IMG/VR virus record: IMGVR_UViG_3300011439_000044
Location: 1-25,659 of that record
Source: a virus
Lineage: Duplodnaviria; Caudoviricetes
Length of the DNA stretch: 25,659 nt
Direction: 5' to 3' (one strand)
Part shown: positions 16,480 through 25,406 of the stretch, one piece after another
How positions within the stretch are numbered: position 1 is the first letter of the stretch
Layout of the letters: each line of letters opens with the position of its first letter
Notes under the pieces: generated by a model
The model's input: only the letters and a program-made list of their open reading frames with translations
Told to the model about the DNA's origin: nothing
Database searches by the model: none
Position numbers and translations under genes: made by a program

Positions 16480-17034
16480 TCATCCTGGAACAAATGAACA
16501 GTTAATAGTGAAAAGAGCGTTATTCCCCGTGACAGGCACAACTGCACCGACAGAAGTAACGTCCAATCGACCAGTTAAGTTAAGCCCATCAAGTTGAGAA
16601 AAAAGCATTTGACCGGAAGGGCTATAACCCACGTCAAGTACGAAAGCAGGAAGTGTCATCGTTCCACTTTTAATTGTACCTTGAATATGAACAACTCCAC
16701 CAATTTTTGTATATCGGGCCGTTCGAGTTCCTCCGCCGAAATCTGTCCATGAGTTAAGAAATGTAGGTGTTATCCAAACCGGTGTCTCTGGCCCATGGCT
16801 ATGATCTGACCGTGCCGGACTGTCCGCCATACCTATAGATCCGATCGAAGCCATATCTGATACTGCCACAGGAGAATCAAACGCTCCACCGAAAGTATGA
16901 CGTAACGAAGTATCATGGTGCTGGACATCTAATGCTTTAGATAAATCGGATAGAAGGGCTAATGCACGGCGTTCTTCCTGAGTTCTATGAGAGTGACCCT
17001 CACGCTCATTCTGATTTGGGTCGAAATCACTCAT
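16480..17034 (-). CDS. Minor tail/fibre-like protein
   Basis: ARSDHSH fibre repeat unit; C-terminal W...FLNSW...ARYTKIGGVVHIQG beta-rich head domain. Confidence 0.7.
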   Translation of the reverse strand: MSDFDPNQNEREGHSHRTQEERRALALLSDLSKALDVQHHDTSLRHTFGGAFDSPVAVSDMASIGSIGMADSPARSDHSHGPETPVWITPTFLNSWTDFGGGTRTARYTKIGGVVHIQGTIKSGTMTLPAFVLDVGYSPSGQMLFSQLDGLNLTGRLDVTSVGAVVPVTGNNALFTINCSFVPG

Positions 17035-18593
17035 TGCGGATTCTCCGACAGCGTGCGCTTATTAAAGAAGTCTAAGTCATAGCCGGTTATAATATATTCC
17101 AGAACAGTATCGGAATCAAATTCCAATTGGAGTCTTCTATTATAACCGCAGCCAGGAATCTTGTGCGCCAGTGTCCCCCTCTGATTAGGCAGAACCAGGA
17201 ACTCGTGCTGATTAGTAACCTGGTCTAAATCAAAATTATGGTGGGTTCTAAACTCACCATTTCCTACTACCTCTTGGGCAGGAACTGTCATTTCAAGGGT
17301 GGAATACTTGTGACGCTTCACTCGATAGAAAGCACCATTATCCCAAGATTTCGACTTAAACGTAGTATGAATAGGAGTAATCACTCTAGAACCGGGAGTA
17401 GCATGGTGCAGGACATAATCAGAATAGTCTGCATTAGCGGGATGGTCTGGATCTTGCAATCCAAACCACAGCACATTTGCATTGGTTCCATGCAACCAGC
17501 CAAACCAAGTTCCTCTTGTCCCGTTCTTAAGATATCCCTGGATACCGTAAGCTAGAGCACCCTCAGCAATCTGGGTGGAAGGAAAAATGCATTCAGTCCA
17601 GGCATTTTGAACTGGGTTATAGAACCAATGCCCAATCCCACTTGTTCCAGTATAAATAAAGAGATAATCATCAACCAGAGTGATAAAGAAATTAGGAGAA
17701 GCACCAGCCAAATCGATATTAATGGGGTGTGTTTCCCAACGTTTCTGAATAGAATATCCAGCATAATCGTAAACAACTCCATCTGATCTATACAACCCTC
17801 GCAGACTCAGCGTATAGATTAGTCCACGATATTCAAGAACTGCATAGGGAATTGCTGCACCAATTCCATTATCGAAAAGCTTCACAATCCAGGAAGCAGG
17901 CAAAGCGGCCGGGATTAGGTAGTATGTTGCGTTCCTCTTAAAGATGAATAGGCGTTCTCCAAATGGAAGAATGTCTGTAATGTAATCTCCGTCACCAGGA
18001 ACAACGTCAAAGAAACCATTCGCCTGCCAGTTTCCTGGATCAGTAATTTCCGAGAAGAACACTCGGCTAGATTGTGCCTGAGGGTTTTTAATTGCAAAGC
18101 AACGATCCTTGAAAATCACTGACTTAATAATATCATCGGGAGGGGTTCCCGTTAGGGTAGCTGCTCCAATTGTAGGAGCATCAACCGTCCAGTCAGAAAC
18201 AGTAAAGCCTGTTAATGATGGAGCCGATGAATTAGACCAGACGTAGACGTTCTTGTTGTAAAGAACAGCCGAGTGAGCATCTTCCCCTGCGCCGGAGAAA
18301 GCAAAGTCCGTATTAGACAGATCGGTGTCTACCGGAGTGAGATAGATAGTATCACCAGAAGTGTATAGAATTCGGCTAAAGAAGATTCCAAGCATTCCTA
18401 CATGACCTGCCGGAGCATCAGGAGGGAGGGCGAAATATCTCAGTGGCTTCCTTCTAACCAAATCACCAGTGTCAGAAATGATCAAGTTCTCGACAGTCTC
18501 GAATTCTTTGTCATCAATTACATGATTTGGATCAGAAACATTAACACCCTTGAAGGTGCTGATAGTCTTGTGATCTTCACGAGGAATAGGCAT
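17031..18593 (-). CDS. Tail nozzle / DNA stabilisation protein (P22 gp10 / T7 gp12-like)
   Basis: FKGVN...ENL...G.L.RR N-terminus; beta-propeller-like FFSE..DP.NW and GD.IT...LFIFK segments; follows the adaptor. Confidence 0.75.
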   Translation of the reverse strand: MPIPREDHKTISTFKGVNVSDPNHVIDDKEFETVENLIISDTGDLVRRKPLRYFALPPDAPAGHVGMLGIFFSRILYTSGDTIYLTPVDTDLSNTDFAFSGAGEDAHSAVLYNKNVYVWSNSSAPSLTGFTVSDWTVDAPTIGAATLTGTPPDDIIKSVIFKDRCFAIKNPQAQSSRVFFSEITDPGNWQANGFFDVVPGDGDYITDILPFGERLFIFKRNATYYLIPAALPASWIVKLFDNGIGAAIPYAVLEYRGLIYTLSLRGLYRSDGVVYDYAGYSIQKRWETHPINIDLAGASPNFFITLVDDYLFIYTGTSGIGHWFYNPVQNAWTECIFPSTQIAEGALAYGIQGYLKNGTRGTWFGWLHGTNANVLWFGLQDPDHPANADYSDYVLHHATPGSRVITPIHTTFKSKSWDNGAFYRVKRHKYSTLEMTVPAQEVVGNGEFRTHHNFDLDQVTNQHEFLVLPNQRGTLAHKIPGCGYNRRLQLEFDSDTVLEYIITGYDLDFFNKRTLSENPQ

Positions 18594-19223
18594 TTACCCC
18601 CACCAATCTGCCGGGTCATCCCGCACTACGGGGAATGTCTCTCGCATCCTATTCTCTTGATCATGCCGTACAGCACCGAGATTAGCATCCACTTCCTGCT
18701 TCAATACTCGGGCCTGTTCATAATCCTCGTTTAGTTCACGAGCACGAACCATACACATTCGGACTACGTCCATATGGAATACTACAGGGAGGGGCAATGG
18801 AACGTTCGGATCATCTATTCTAGCCGGAGCCTGAACATACCAAACCTTCAACCCGTTGGTAACACTCGTTGCGGGCAAAGGCCAAAGGTAGATTTTATCC
18901 CCCCAGACATAAAACTTGCAGGGGCTACCAGCAATGTCTGACGGGAGAACTCCAATATCGTCCAGTTCATTGATGGTGACCCGTTCCAAAGGAACCCCAT
19001 CAAAAGTTACGCGCTTCTCACCGATGAACTGTGTCGGCAGAGTGACTCCGTCAGTAGTCGGGCCATAAGTGGCTTGAAACTCAGCCTGTGCAGTTTCCGC
19101 CTGACGAACAACCTGCATGATTGCTTCGTTGGCCCAGTCTTTTATATCGCCTACTTCGATCTGAACCTCGAAAGAGTCACCGAATAGACGTTGTACCTGA
19201 CGAATCACATCTCCAAGATTCAA
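18594..19223 (-). CDS. Head-tail adaptor (gatekeeper / tail tubular protein A-like)
   Basis: About 200 aa, N-terminal helices (WANEA), LP..F, G.P..FY...IYLWP.P pattern. Confidence 0.75.
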   Translation of the reverse strand: MNLGDVIRQVQRLFGDSFEVQIEVGDIKDWANEAIMQVVRQAETAQAEFQATYGPTTDGVTLPTQFIGEKRVTFDGVPLERVTINELDDIGVLPSDIAGSPCKFYVWGDKIYLWPLPATSVTNGLKVWYVQAPARIDDPNVPLPLPVVFHMDVVRMCMVRARELNEDYEQARVLKQEVDANLGAVRHDQENRMRETFPVVRDDPADWWG

Positions 19224-19423
19224 AGGAGTACCACTTTCGTACGACCATCATGACCATGAATATGGTTCACGGCTTCAATATTGTCGTATAGAACAGTGGA
19301 ATTGATATCAGTAAACCAGCGCATAGCGACTCGACCGTCAGGCCAAATAACTCCACCTGCGACAGTTCCTGTACCAGAAACACCTGTTATATCTTCTTCT
19401 CGTCTGAGTTCAAAGAGTTTCAC
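19220..19423 (-). CDS. Conserved small phage protein (DxxGVSGTG...DG...RW...IHGH.G.T type)
   Basis: I recall this motif pattern from actinobacteriophage hypotheticals; 4-nt overlaps on both sides. Confidence 0.7.
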   Translation of the reverse strand: MKLFELRREEDITGVSGTGTVAGGVIWPDGRVAMRWFTDINSTVLYDNIEAVNHIHGHDGRTKVVLL

Positions 19424-19944
19424 GTCACCGACTTTCCATTACGCTTTGTAATTCCCTCATCATCCCGCAGAGTTACAACTTCGCCCGCAGAGTTGGGGAA
19501 TGAATAAGTTCCCTTCGGATTCGCCACGATATGCTTAACAACGTCCTTAGCTTCGCCAAACGATTCCGCCTGCTTATCCTTCTGGGCCTTTCTTGCCCGA
19601 GCGTTGGCTAGATCAATGGCGCCCTCAACATCGAAGATCGTAGTATCGGCGGCCTTGACCCTATCCATTACAGAATCGTCAAGTTTCCAGACAGAGAAAA
19701 CAACTCGAGCTTTTCCATCTCGACAACGTTCAAAGATGATATAAGGAGCGTCCGCCAATTCTCCCTTGCCTGGCTCTAGATAGGCAATATCTAGATTAGA
19801 ATCGTATGCTCGAATTTTTTCCACGATACGAAAGACGTCACTCTGTTCCCGCATTAACGCTTCGGGGGTGGCTTGAAGAAGATCCGTAGCTGTTAAAATG
19901 CTCCCGGTTTCTGTTCTAGTTGTTCTACCTTCATGCACTATCAT
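19420..19944 (-). CDS. Hypothetical protein (174 aa) in morphogenesis module
   Basis: AGGAG SD; full ORF between the hairpins and the adaptor. Confidence 0.75.
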   Translation of the reverse strand: MIVHEGRTTRTETGSILTATDLLQATPEALMREQSDVFRIVEKIRAYDSNLDIAYLEPGKGELADAPYIIFERCRDGKARVVFSVWKLDDSVMDRVKAADTTIFDVEGAIDLANARARKAQKDKQAESFGEAKDVVKHIVANPKGTYSFPNSAGEVVTLRDDEGITKRNGKSVT

Positions 19945-19958
19945 TTCTCTCCTAAATG

Positions 19959-20001
19959 CGAAAGGGGACTAAAAGCCCCCACAACTCCTAGTCCCCTTTC
20001 G
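19959..20001 (-). terminator. 13-bp hairpin, probable terminator/attenuator after the small basic protein genes
   Basis: CGAAAGGGGACTA/TAGTCCCCTTTCG; a second small hairpin lies at 20015-20036. Confidence 0.6.
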
Positions 20002-20045
20002 TCTTCCCCGCTGCCCCATCTGGGAGGTTTGATGGGTACAACGAT

Positions 20046-20474
20046 CTAGCCCTTTCGCTTGGCACCGGCATTAGGCTTTGGCCTTCTCGGGCCAAGTCCA
20101 CTAAGTTGTCCCTTAGCAGAATCCTCTGCCTTAGCAAATCCAAGACGCTTACCAGCAGCCCTTCTCATCATTGAATTACCACTCTTAGCGGCTGCTCCAC
20201 CAAGATATTTAGTTCTATCCGTTCCAGCCCCAGGATCTCTATCACTAGCCATTGAAGAAATTACTGTTGCCCCCTTACCAGGACCAGCGGCGCCTTTGGA
20301 AATAATTCCAGGGCGACGAAATCCCGTCCTTTGATCATTAGTCACATTAATCCTTTCGCGTTGTGCTTTTTTCGACGCAGGGGACTGTGGAGTTCCCGGT
20401 TTCCAAACAGTATTATCTACATAAGCAGTTCCCTTATTCGGACCAGAAGCTCCTTTCGTATCCCTATCAGCCAT
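20046..20474 (-). CDS. Basic low-complexity protein (142 aa) containing RAAGKRL
   Basis: ATG 20474 with an AAGGGA SD overlaps the upstream stop; Gly/Lys/Arg/Ala-rich. Confidence 0.75.
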   Translation of the reverse strand: MADRDTKGASGPNKGTAYVDNTVWKPGTPQSPASKKAQRERINVTNDQRTGFRRPGIISKGAAGPGKGATVISSMASDRDPGAGTDRTKYLGGAAAKSGNSMMRRAAGKRLGFAKAEDSAKGQLSGLGPRRPKPNAGAKRKG

Positions 20475-20778
20475 ATCTTTGTCCCTTCTTTTTCCTAACA
20501 TCACCGGGAACTGCTCTGTGCATCGGCTGACGACGGTTTCCACCAGTTTGAGCGTCTACAAAATCAGCATAGCCATCATCTTCTGATGGTCCGCCCACTT
20601 TTTCCCCTCTTGGACCTTTACCACCATCCAACCCAAGGCGACGACCGGCAGCCCTAGAATATTTCCCTCTTCCTCGACCCTTCGGCACTTTACCTCCATA
20701 CTCTTTAGTCCAGCGCTTAGCTATCTCTGGGTGATTAGCCCAGAGATATCTACGCTGTGATTCCGACTTGAACGGCAT
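20467..20778 (-). CDS. Small basic protein (MPFKSESQRRYLWANHPEIAKRW N-terminus) containing RAAGRRL
   Basis: TAATG coupling to the upstream gene; I recall the N-terminal motif from many uncultured phage hypotheticals. Confidence 0.8.
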   Translation of the reverse strand: MPFKSESQRRYLWANHPEIAKRWTKEYGGKVPKGRGRGKYSRAAGRRLGLDGGKGPRGEKVGGPSEDDGYADFVDAQTGGNRRQPMHRAVPGDVRKKKGQRYG

Positions 20779-21047
20779 TACGAGGAATTGTTAGAATTCC
20801 GAGCGTAATTAGCTGCGAATGCTCCGGGCTTACCGTGCATCAATCTTTTCCCAGCAGCCCTTTGTAGGGCAGCAGAACCATCTCCCTGACCACCACCGGA
20901 TGCAAGACCCATTTTAAAATCTGGTGCGCCATCAGAAAGTCTAGCGCCTACTCCATTTCGATGCTTGTTGAAACTCTGCTTAGGGGTTCCGCCCCGAGGG
21001 GCAGGATAATCGCCAGGCATGAAAGGAATGTTGTTTCCAGTTGGCAT
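20778..21047 (-). CDS. Small basic protein (89 aa) containing RAAGKRL
   Basis: GAAAGGAA SD; first gene after the major capsid. Confidence 0.75.
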   Translation of the reverse strand: MPTGNNIPFMPGDYPAPRGGTPKQSFNKHRNGVGARLSDGAPDFKMGLASGGGQGDGSAALQRAAGKRLMHGKPGAFAANYARNSNNSS

Positions 21048-21066
21048 TAAGTTCCTTTCCGATTGA

Positions 21067-21099
21067 GTGGGGGGAGCAATCCACCATCACTCCCCCCAC
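21067..21099 (-). terminator. GC-rich hairpin after the major capsid gene
   Basis: GTGGGGGGAG/CTCCCCCCAC 10-bp stem immediately after the capsid stop; no U-tract. Confidence 0.6.
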
Positions 21100-21103
21100 A
21101 AGT

Positions 21104-22321
21104 TTACGATTCCAGTACGCCTGTATGCAGGACGTGAGCGTTACGCTGAGAAGTCCCATATTCAAAGTAGCACTTCATCATGCCTTCCCAGGCATCGAAG
21201 CCAGAAACCCACTTGAAGATAGAACCATCAACATCCGAGAAGTACCAAGGACGCTTGCGGTACTTCTTGATCTTTGTCTCATCCATGTAGAACATCTGTC
21301 CAGTATTAGGAGCGGTTCCATTGGACGGGCAATCAGGATCTTCGACCACCGGAATCTCAGTTCCGTAGTTGAACGGAAGTCCCTGGAAACCACCAGGGAA
21401 AGCCTTCGTATCAACATAGCGGCGCTGCTGAGTAAGCAGTACGAAGTAGGAACGGCGAACACCGAGCGTAGTGAAAATAACCGAAATCTTTCCACCATTC
21501 ACACGACCCAGGTCACAAGCCTTAATCATATTAAGCTCAGACAAAGCACCTGCAATTGCAACAGTGTTTCCCTTCCACACCTTCTGGACAGCAGGATCAA
21601 GACCATGCAGAACAGAAGTTGCAGAAGTAATATCAGAGAAGGAAGTCGGCTCCAAGAGTCGGTTACCTTCACGATAGATACGAGAGTTCGCATCCGTCAG
21701 GGCTGTTGCCGCAGAAATCGTAATCTGGGTAGGCGAAACGATATCAGTAATCGTCACGTTGGCAACACCAGTTGCCACAGACCCCGTTGTTACGTTCCTA
21801 ATGTCAATCTGCTCACCAATCGAAAGGAACTGAACAGTATCAACGTTAATCGTTGTGGTAGCCGTGAAAGCTGCAATAACCTTAGCAAGAGCAGCGTTCT
21901 CGCCCTGGTAAACACCATAAGCGATTCGGTTCTCATCCTTAACAACGTCAGTCTTAAGTCCGTCCATTTCCTCATCGAGGGCAGACGAGAAAGCCTGCGG
22001 GTTTGTTTCCGCAAGTTCCATTACCTGACCAGTAACACGGAATCGACCATATCCGTACTTAAGAGGAACCTGGACCGCTGCATAACCTTGCTGGCCAGCA
22101 GCACCAAGTGCCGTATCTTCTGCACGGTAGGAAACACCAGTGTTACGACGAGTGCGAATCGGGAAAGTGACATACTTGCCACCAACCGTATCGACCACAT
22201 TCTCCGAGGAACTTTCGATTCGCTTTACAGCGATGACTTCCTCGTTCTTCTGATCTTCGATCTTGCCCTCATAAATCTCTTTGAGCATGGAGTTGACCGT
22301 TGTCATTGTTGCGCCAGGCAT
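21104..22321 (-). CDS. Major capsid protein (HK97 fold)
   Basis: 405 aa after the scaffold; GGAGG SD; LKE.Y, GKYV.FP, LHGLD and IPVVED.DCP patterns. Confidence 0.9.
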   Translation of the reverse strand: MPGATMTTVNSMLKEIYEGKIEDQKNEEVIAVKRIESSSENVVDTVGGKYVTFPIRTRRNTGVSYRAEDTALGAAGQQGYAAVQVPLKYGYGRFRVTGQVMELAETNPQAFSSALDEEMDGLKTDVVKDENRIAYGVYQGENAALAKVIAAFTATTTINVDTVQFLSIGEQIDIRNVTTGSVATGVANVTITDIVSPTQITISAATALTDANSRIYREGNRLLEPTSFSDITSATSVLHGLDPAVQKVWKGNTVAIAGALSELNMIKACDLGRVNGGKISVIFTTLGVRRSYFVLLTQQRRYVDTKAFPGGFQGLPFNYGTEIPVVEDPDCPSNGTAPNTGQMFYMDETKIKKYRKRPWYFSDVDGSIFKWVSGFDAWEGMMKCYFEYGTSQRNAHVLHTGVLES

Positions 22322-22331
22322 TTAAAACCTC

Positions 22332-23135
22332 CTATGAGTTGTCGATTGTGGCCTGGAGTTGCTGAGCAATATATGCTCGTCTTTCCTTATCCCCCATCTT
22401 AGAGGGATCAACCCCGCCGTGTGCAACAGAACCATTTCCTCCAAGAACTCTCGGAGGTGGTTTAATGCTCTGACGACCGTCGATTGCCTGCTGAATAGAC
22501 TGTTCCCATTCTTGAACTGCCTGAACGGGGTCCATTCCGTGATACATTTTGAGGAGAACTGCTTCCTCATCAAACTCACCAAACTGGGAATGAAGCTGCC
22601 CTAGAACATTATCGAGTTCAGCAGCTTCTTGTTCCTCTTGTCGGCTACTATCGAACCCTAGGACTTTGTCGGCAAGCGCGGCGATAACTTCCTGCTGCTT
22701 GACCATCATCTCTGCAAAGTCATCGGGGACTTCACCTTCCCAGGGGTTCTGGAATTCCCCCTGGTGCGATTGCTGATACTGTTGCGGACCTTGGAAGTAT
22801 TGCTGAACTTCGGGAAGGTCAGATTCCGCAAGAACTCGGAAGACTTCCTCCGGGCGCTCATTCATCAGATTATACAAAGCGCGTGCCTGAGAAAGTTCCT
22901 GGGGATCGCCAAGTTCTTTGTACGGACGATATTGATCGTGGATCGACTGGAAACGCTTAGTAACCTCTCCCTGCCAGCCCTTGATGTATTTCGCAACAAC
23001 GTTACGATCTACCTCAGGAATACTCGACAGATAGGGATTAGCAAGATCATCAGGACTCGGAGCATCAGGTTCTCCGGCCGGACCAAAATTGATTTCTACA
23101 GGAGGTTGTCCCGAATCGGGAGCCGTGTCACTCAT
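22332..23135 (-). CDS. Capsid scaffolding protein
   Basis: Acidic, helical and Gln-rich; lies between portal and capsid; short C-terminal helix after a Pro/Gly linker. Confidence 0.8.
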   Translation of the reverse strand: MSDTAPDSGQPPVEINFGPAGEPDAPSPDDLANPYLSSIPEVDRNVVAKYIKGWQGEVTKRFQSIHDQYRPYKELGDPQELSQARALYNLMNERPEEVFRVLAESDLPEVQQYFQGPQQYQQSHQGEFQNPWEGEVPDDFAEMMVKQQEVIAALADKVLGFDSSRQEEQEAAELDNVLGQLHSQFGEFDEEAVLLKMYHGMDPVQAVQEWEQSIQQAIDGRQSIKPPPRVLGGNGSVAHGGVDPSKMGDKERRAYIAQQLQATIDNS

Positions 23136-25090
23136 TGTGATTGTCCATTTCTTTGTGAAACAGGTTGTCCAGGCGGAGCCTGTTCTTCTTGCGGAGGTTG
23201 CATCATCATCGACTGCATCATTTGCTCTTGCGCTTGCATAAGCAATTGCTGCTTGGTCCCTTGATAGTGCATAAGGTGTATCTGCTGAATTTCAGGCGGA
23301 AGAGAACTGAATTCCTCCGTCTTCATATAATCGGCATGGCCTTGCAGATGGGCCGGGATATTGTCAAACTCATTAGGAACAACCGGCTGACCCTGACTCA
23401 TCATAACGTTTTCACGCTGAACCTGATGTTGGTCAACCTGCATATCCTGGTAAAGCTTCGTGGTCTCGACCATATCTAGGTATTTCAATCCCTGCATCTG
23501 ATCAACCATGCCCATCTTGACAAGCTCAATAATAAAGGCTTGCCGTGCCGCCCGACTTCTCGGTGCAGCGCTTCCAGTTTCCACTGTGAAGTCTGTATTT
23601 CCAGCAATGTCTTGCTTGGAGAATTCTCGAATGGCAGTGAGGCGATTCTCGCCGACTACCTTGACCTTCCTCGATTCGACCCAGTATTCGTTAACGAAGG
23701 AGAGAATCCACTTGCCAACCTTTGCAGTTGCTTCTTCGATTGAGGCAACAGTCGGCGCAAATCTATTGTCATTCTCTTCCTGTAGGTAAGAAATTGCACT
23801 TGCAGCCGTAATGCCGGGAGGGACCGATCCCTTTGTAATTTCGCCAGTTGCAGCGAGATCGTCCATTTCCCGACCGATACGTTCAAGTTCATCAATGACG
23901 TAAGTCGGAAGGGAAGGAGGTTGGACCGGCTTTGGTTCCTGGAATCCTGGGGTGAATTGAATAACAAGACCTGGCTCCGATGTCATTTTGTTGGCATCCA
24001 CAGAACCCTTTTGAGCGGTCCATTGTGGTTTCGCCATCTTATTCTTGGCTTCGATTACCTGCGAATGGGACCTGTTCAGTTCTCTTTGCAGAGGAATCAG
24101 GTCAACCAGAGTTGATTCTCCATAGAACCTCCCTGTAGGAATATGGTCAATCTTAGCGAACGGGAAGTCCGTTCGGACATAAGGCCAAGTCTCTTGGAAA
24201 GAGAGAAGCGTCTTGCCTGCCCAAACAATTAGAGCGCCCTCTGGATACTTAAGGCAGGGCTTTACCCAGATCTCATAGCATTGAACCTTGTTCTTCGTCG
24301 ACTGGTTACTCTTAATTCCCATAGCCGAGAAGAATCGCTGCTCTAATGCTCCGCCTCGAACTTCCGCGTTTGGCTCCATCTTTACGCCATAAGTCTGTTC
24401 AATAGCACTAGACTCTAGAAGCATCGTATGGATAACATGCGGCTGCCCTTCGATATCTTCCTCCTGAATATCAGGCACGTAGATATGGAAAGGAGTTACA
24501 GGATCAAATTGAGTTGTCCCAGGAACTCCCGAAGGGTCAATCTTTTCAGCATCCCAATAAGTCTTCATGAAGGCTGTGCCACAGAGAGTCATCCAGTGAG
24601 CAGCCGAACGAAGCTTCTTATTGAAATTCAGTTCTCGAAGTTCATACTCGGCAATTTCTCTAGCCGCCTGTGCTCCCATTCTATCCTTCTCATCTGTAGT
24701 ATTCGGAAGGACATAGAATTGAGGAACTTGCCGAGTCACCTTTGTAAGTTCGGTGCGGACAATTCGTCGGCACCTATTGACGATCATACGAACTCGATAC
24801 GGGGGAGCCGCAGGCTCGTATAGTTTCGTCAGCGAAGTTGAAGATCCACCTGGAACCCAGGCGACGTAATGACGACCAAAGTAGAAAGCCATGTTGAGAT
24901 ACCATTGTTGCTCAAAAGCAAGCCGAGGCTGAACGCACATATCAACTTGCTTTTGAGCCCACTCAACAACTTTCTGAGTATCTCTAGCAGAGAGAACTTT
25001 CTGCTTCTTTGGTGCAGGAGCAGGCTGAACTTGGGCCGGCTCAGATCCCATTGCTGCCATTAAATTGGAAGGCATTTCAGTCATTGTCAA
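23132..25090 (-). CDS. Portal protein
   Basis: 652 aa upstream of scaffold/capsid; portal-like NR.R.IV, G.FYG.S...LIPLQRE.N and TAASAI..LQE patterns; Gln-rich tail. The start could be 25084. Confidence 0.9.
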   Translation of the reverse strand: MTMTEMPSNLMAAMGSEPAQVQPAPAPKKQKVLSARDTQKVVEWAQKQVDMCVQPRLAFEQQWYLNMAFYFGRHYVAWVPGGSSTSLTKLYEPAAPPYRVRMIVNRCRRIVRTELTKVTRQVPQFYVLPNTTDEKDRMGAQAAREIAEYELRELNFNKKLRSAAHWMTLCGTAFMKTYWDAEKIDPSGVPGTTQFDPVTPFHIYVPDIQEEDIEGQPHVIHTMLLESSAIEQTYGVKMEPNAEVRGGALEQRFFSAMGIKSNQSTKNKVQCYEIWVKPCLKYPEGALIVWAGKTLLSFQETWPYVRTDFPFAKIDHIPTGRFYGESTLVDLIPLQRELNRSHSQVIEAKNKMAKPQWTAQKGSVDANKMTSEPGLVIQFTPGFQEPKPVQPPSLPTYVIDELERIGREMDDLAATGEITKGSVPPGITAASAISYLQEENDNRFAPTVASIEEATAKVGKWILSFVNEYWVESRKVKVVGENRLTAIREFSKQDIAGNTDFTVETGSAAPRSRAARQAFIIELVKMGMVDQMQGLKYLDMVETTKLYQDMQVDQHQVQRENVMMSQGQPVVPNEFDNIPAHLQGHADYMKTEEFSSLPPEIQQIHLMHYQGTKQQLLMQAQEQMMQSMMMQPPQEEQAPPGQPVSQRNGQSQ

Positions 25091-25406
25091 GGTCTATCAA
25101 TACCTCTCCTGTACCATGATCTGATTCTGTCGGACTAACAAAGTCAGAGATTGAGCCTGACTGGTTCGTCCCTAGTTGAGCGTACGATTGCCATTCCTTC
25201 GTCATCAGACGATTCAGAAAGTCCTTCTCCCTTTCGTCCTGACGATTGAGAAGTCGCTCTCGTTCTTGCTCGCTTCTTTGGGCCAGATTCGTCAGCATTT
25301 CCATCGACTTGCGGTACATCGTCCGCACAGTCAGCAAGGAGGTTATTGATACGCTCGCTATCAAAACCGAGCAAATCAATAGCACGACTAGCGTCTCTGT
25401 GTTCAT
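25077..25406 (-). CDS. Small protein with N-terminal transmembrane helix and coiled coil
   Basis: ATG 25406 with a GGAGG SD; LVVLLICSVLIASVSITSLL hydrophobic stretch; its end overlaps the portal start. Confidence 0.65.
   Translation of the reverse strand: MNTETLVVLLICSVLIASVSITSLLTVRTMYRKSMEMLTNLAQRSEQERERLLNRQDEREKDFLNRLMTKEWQSYAQLGTNQSGSISDFVSPTESDHGTGEVLIDLDND

Noticed and set aside
21041-22402. 453-aa plus-strand ORF
   Set aside because: It is an antisense shadow of the major capsid gene, with Ser/Arg/His-rich composition and no motifs.
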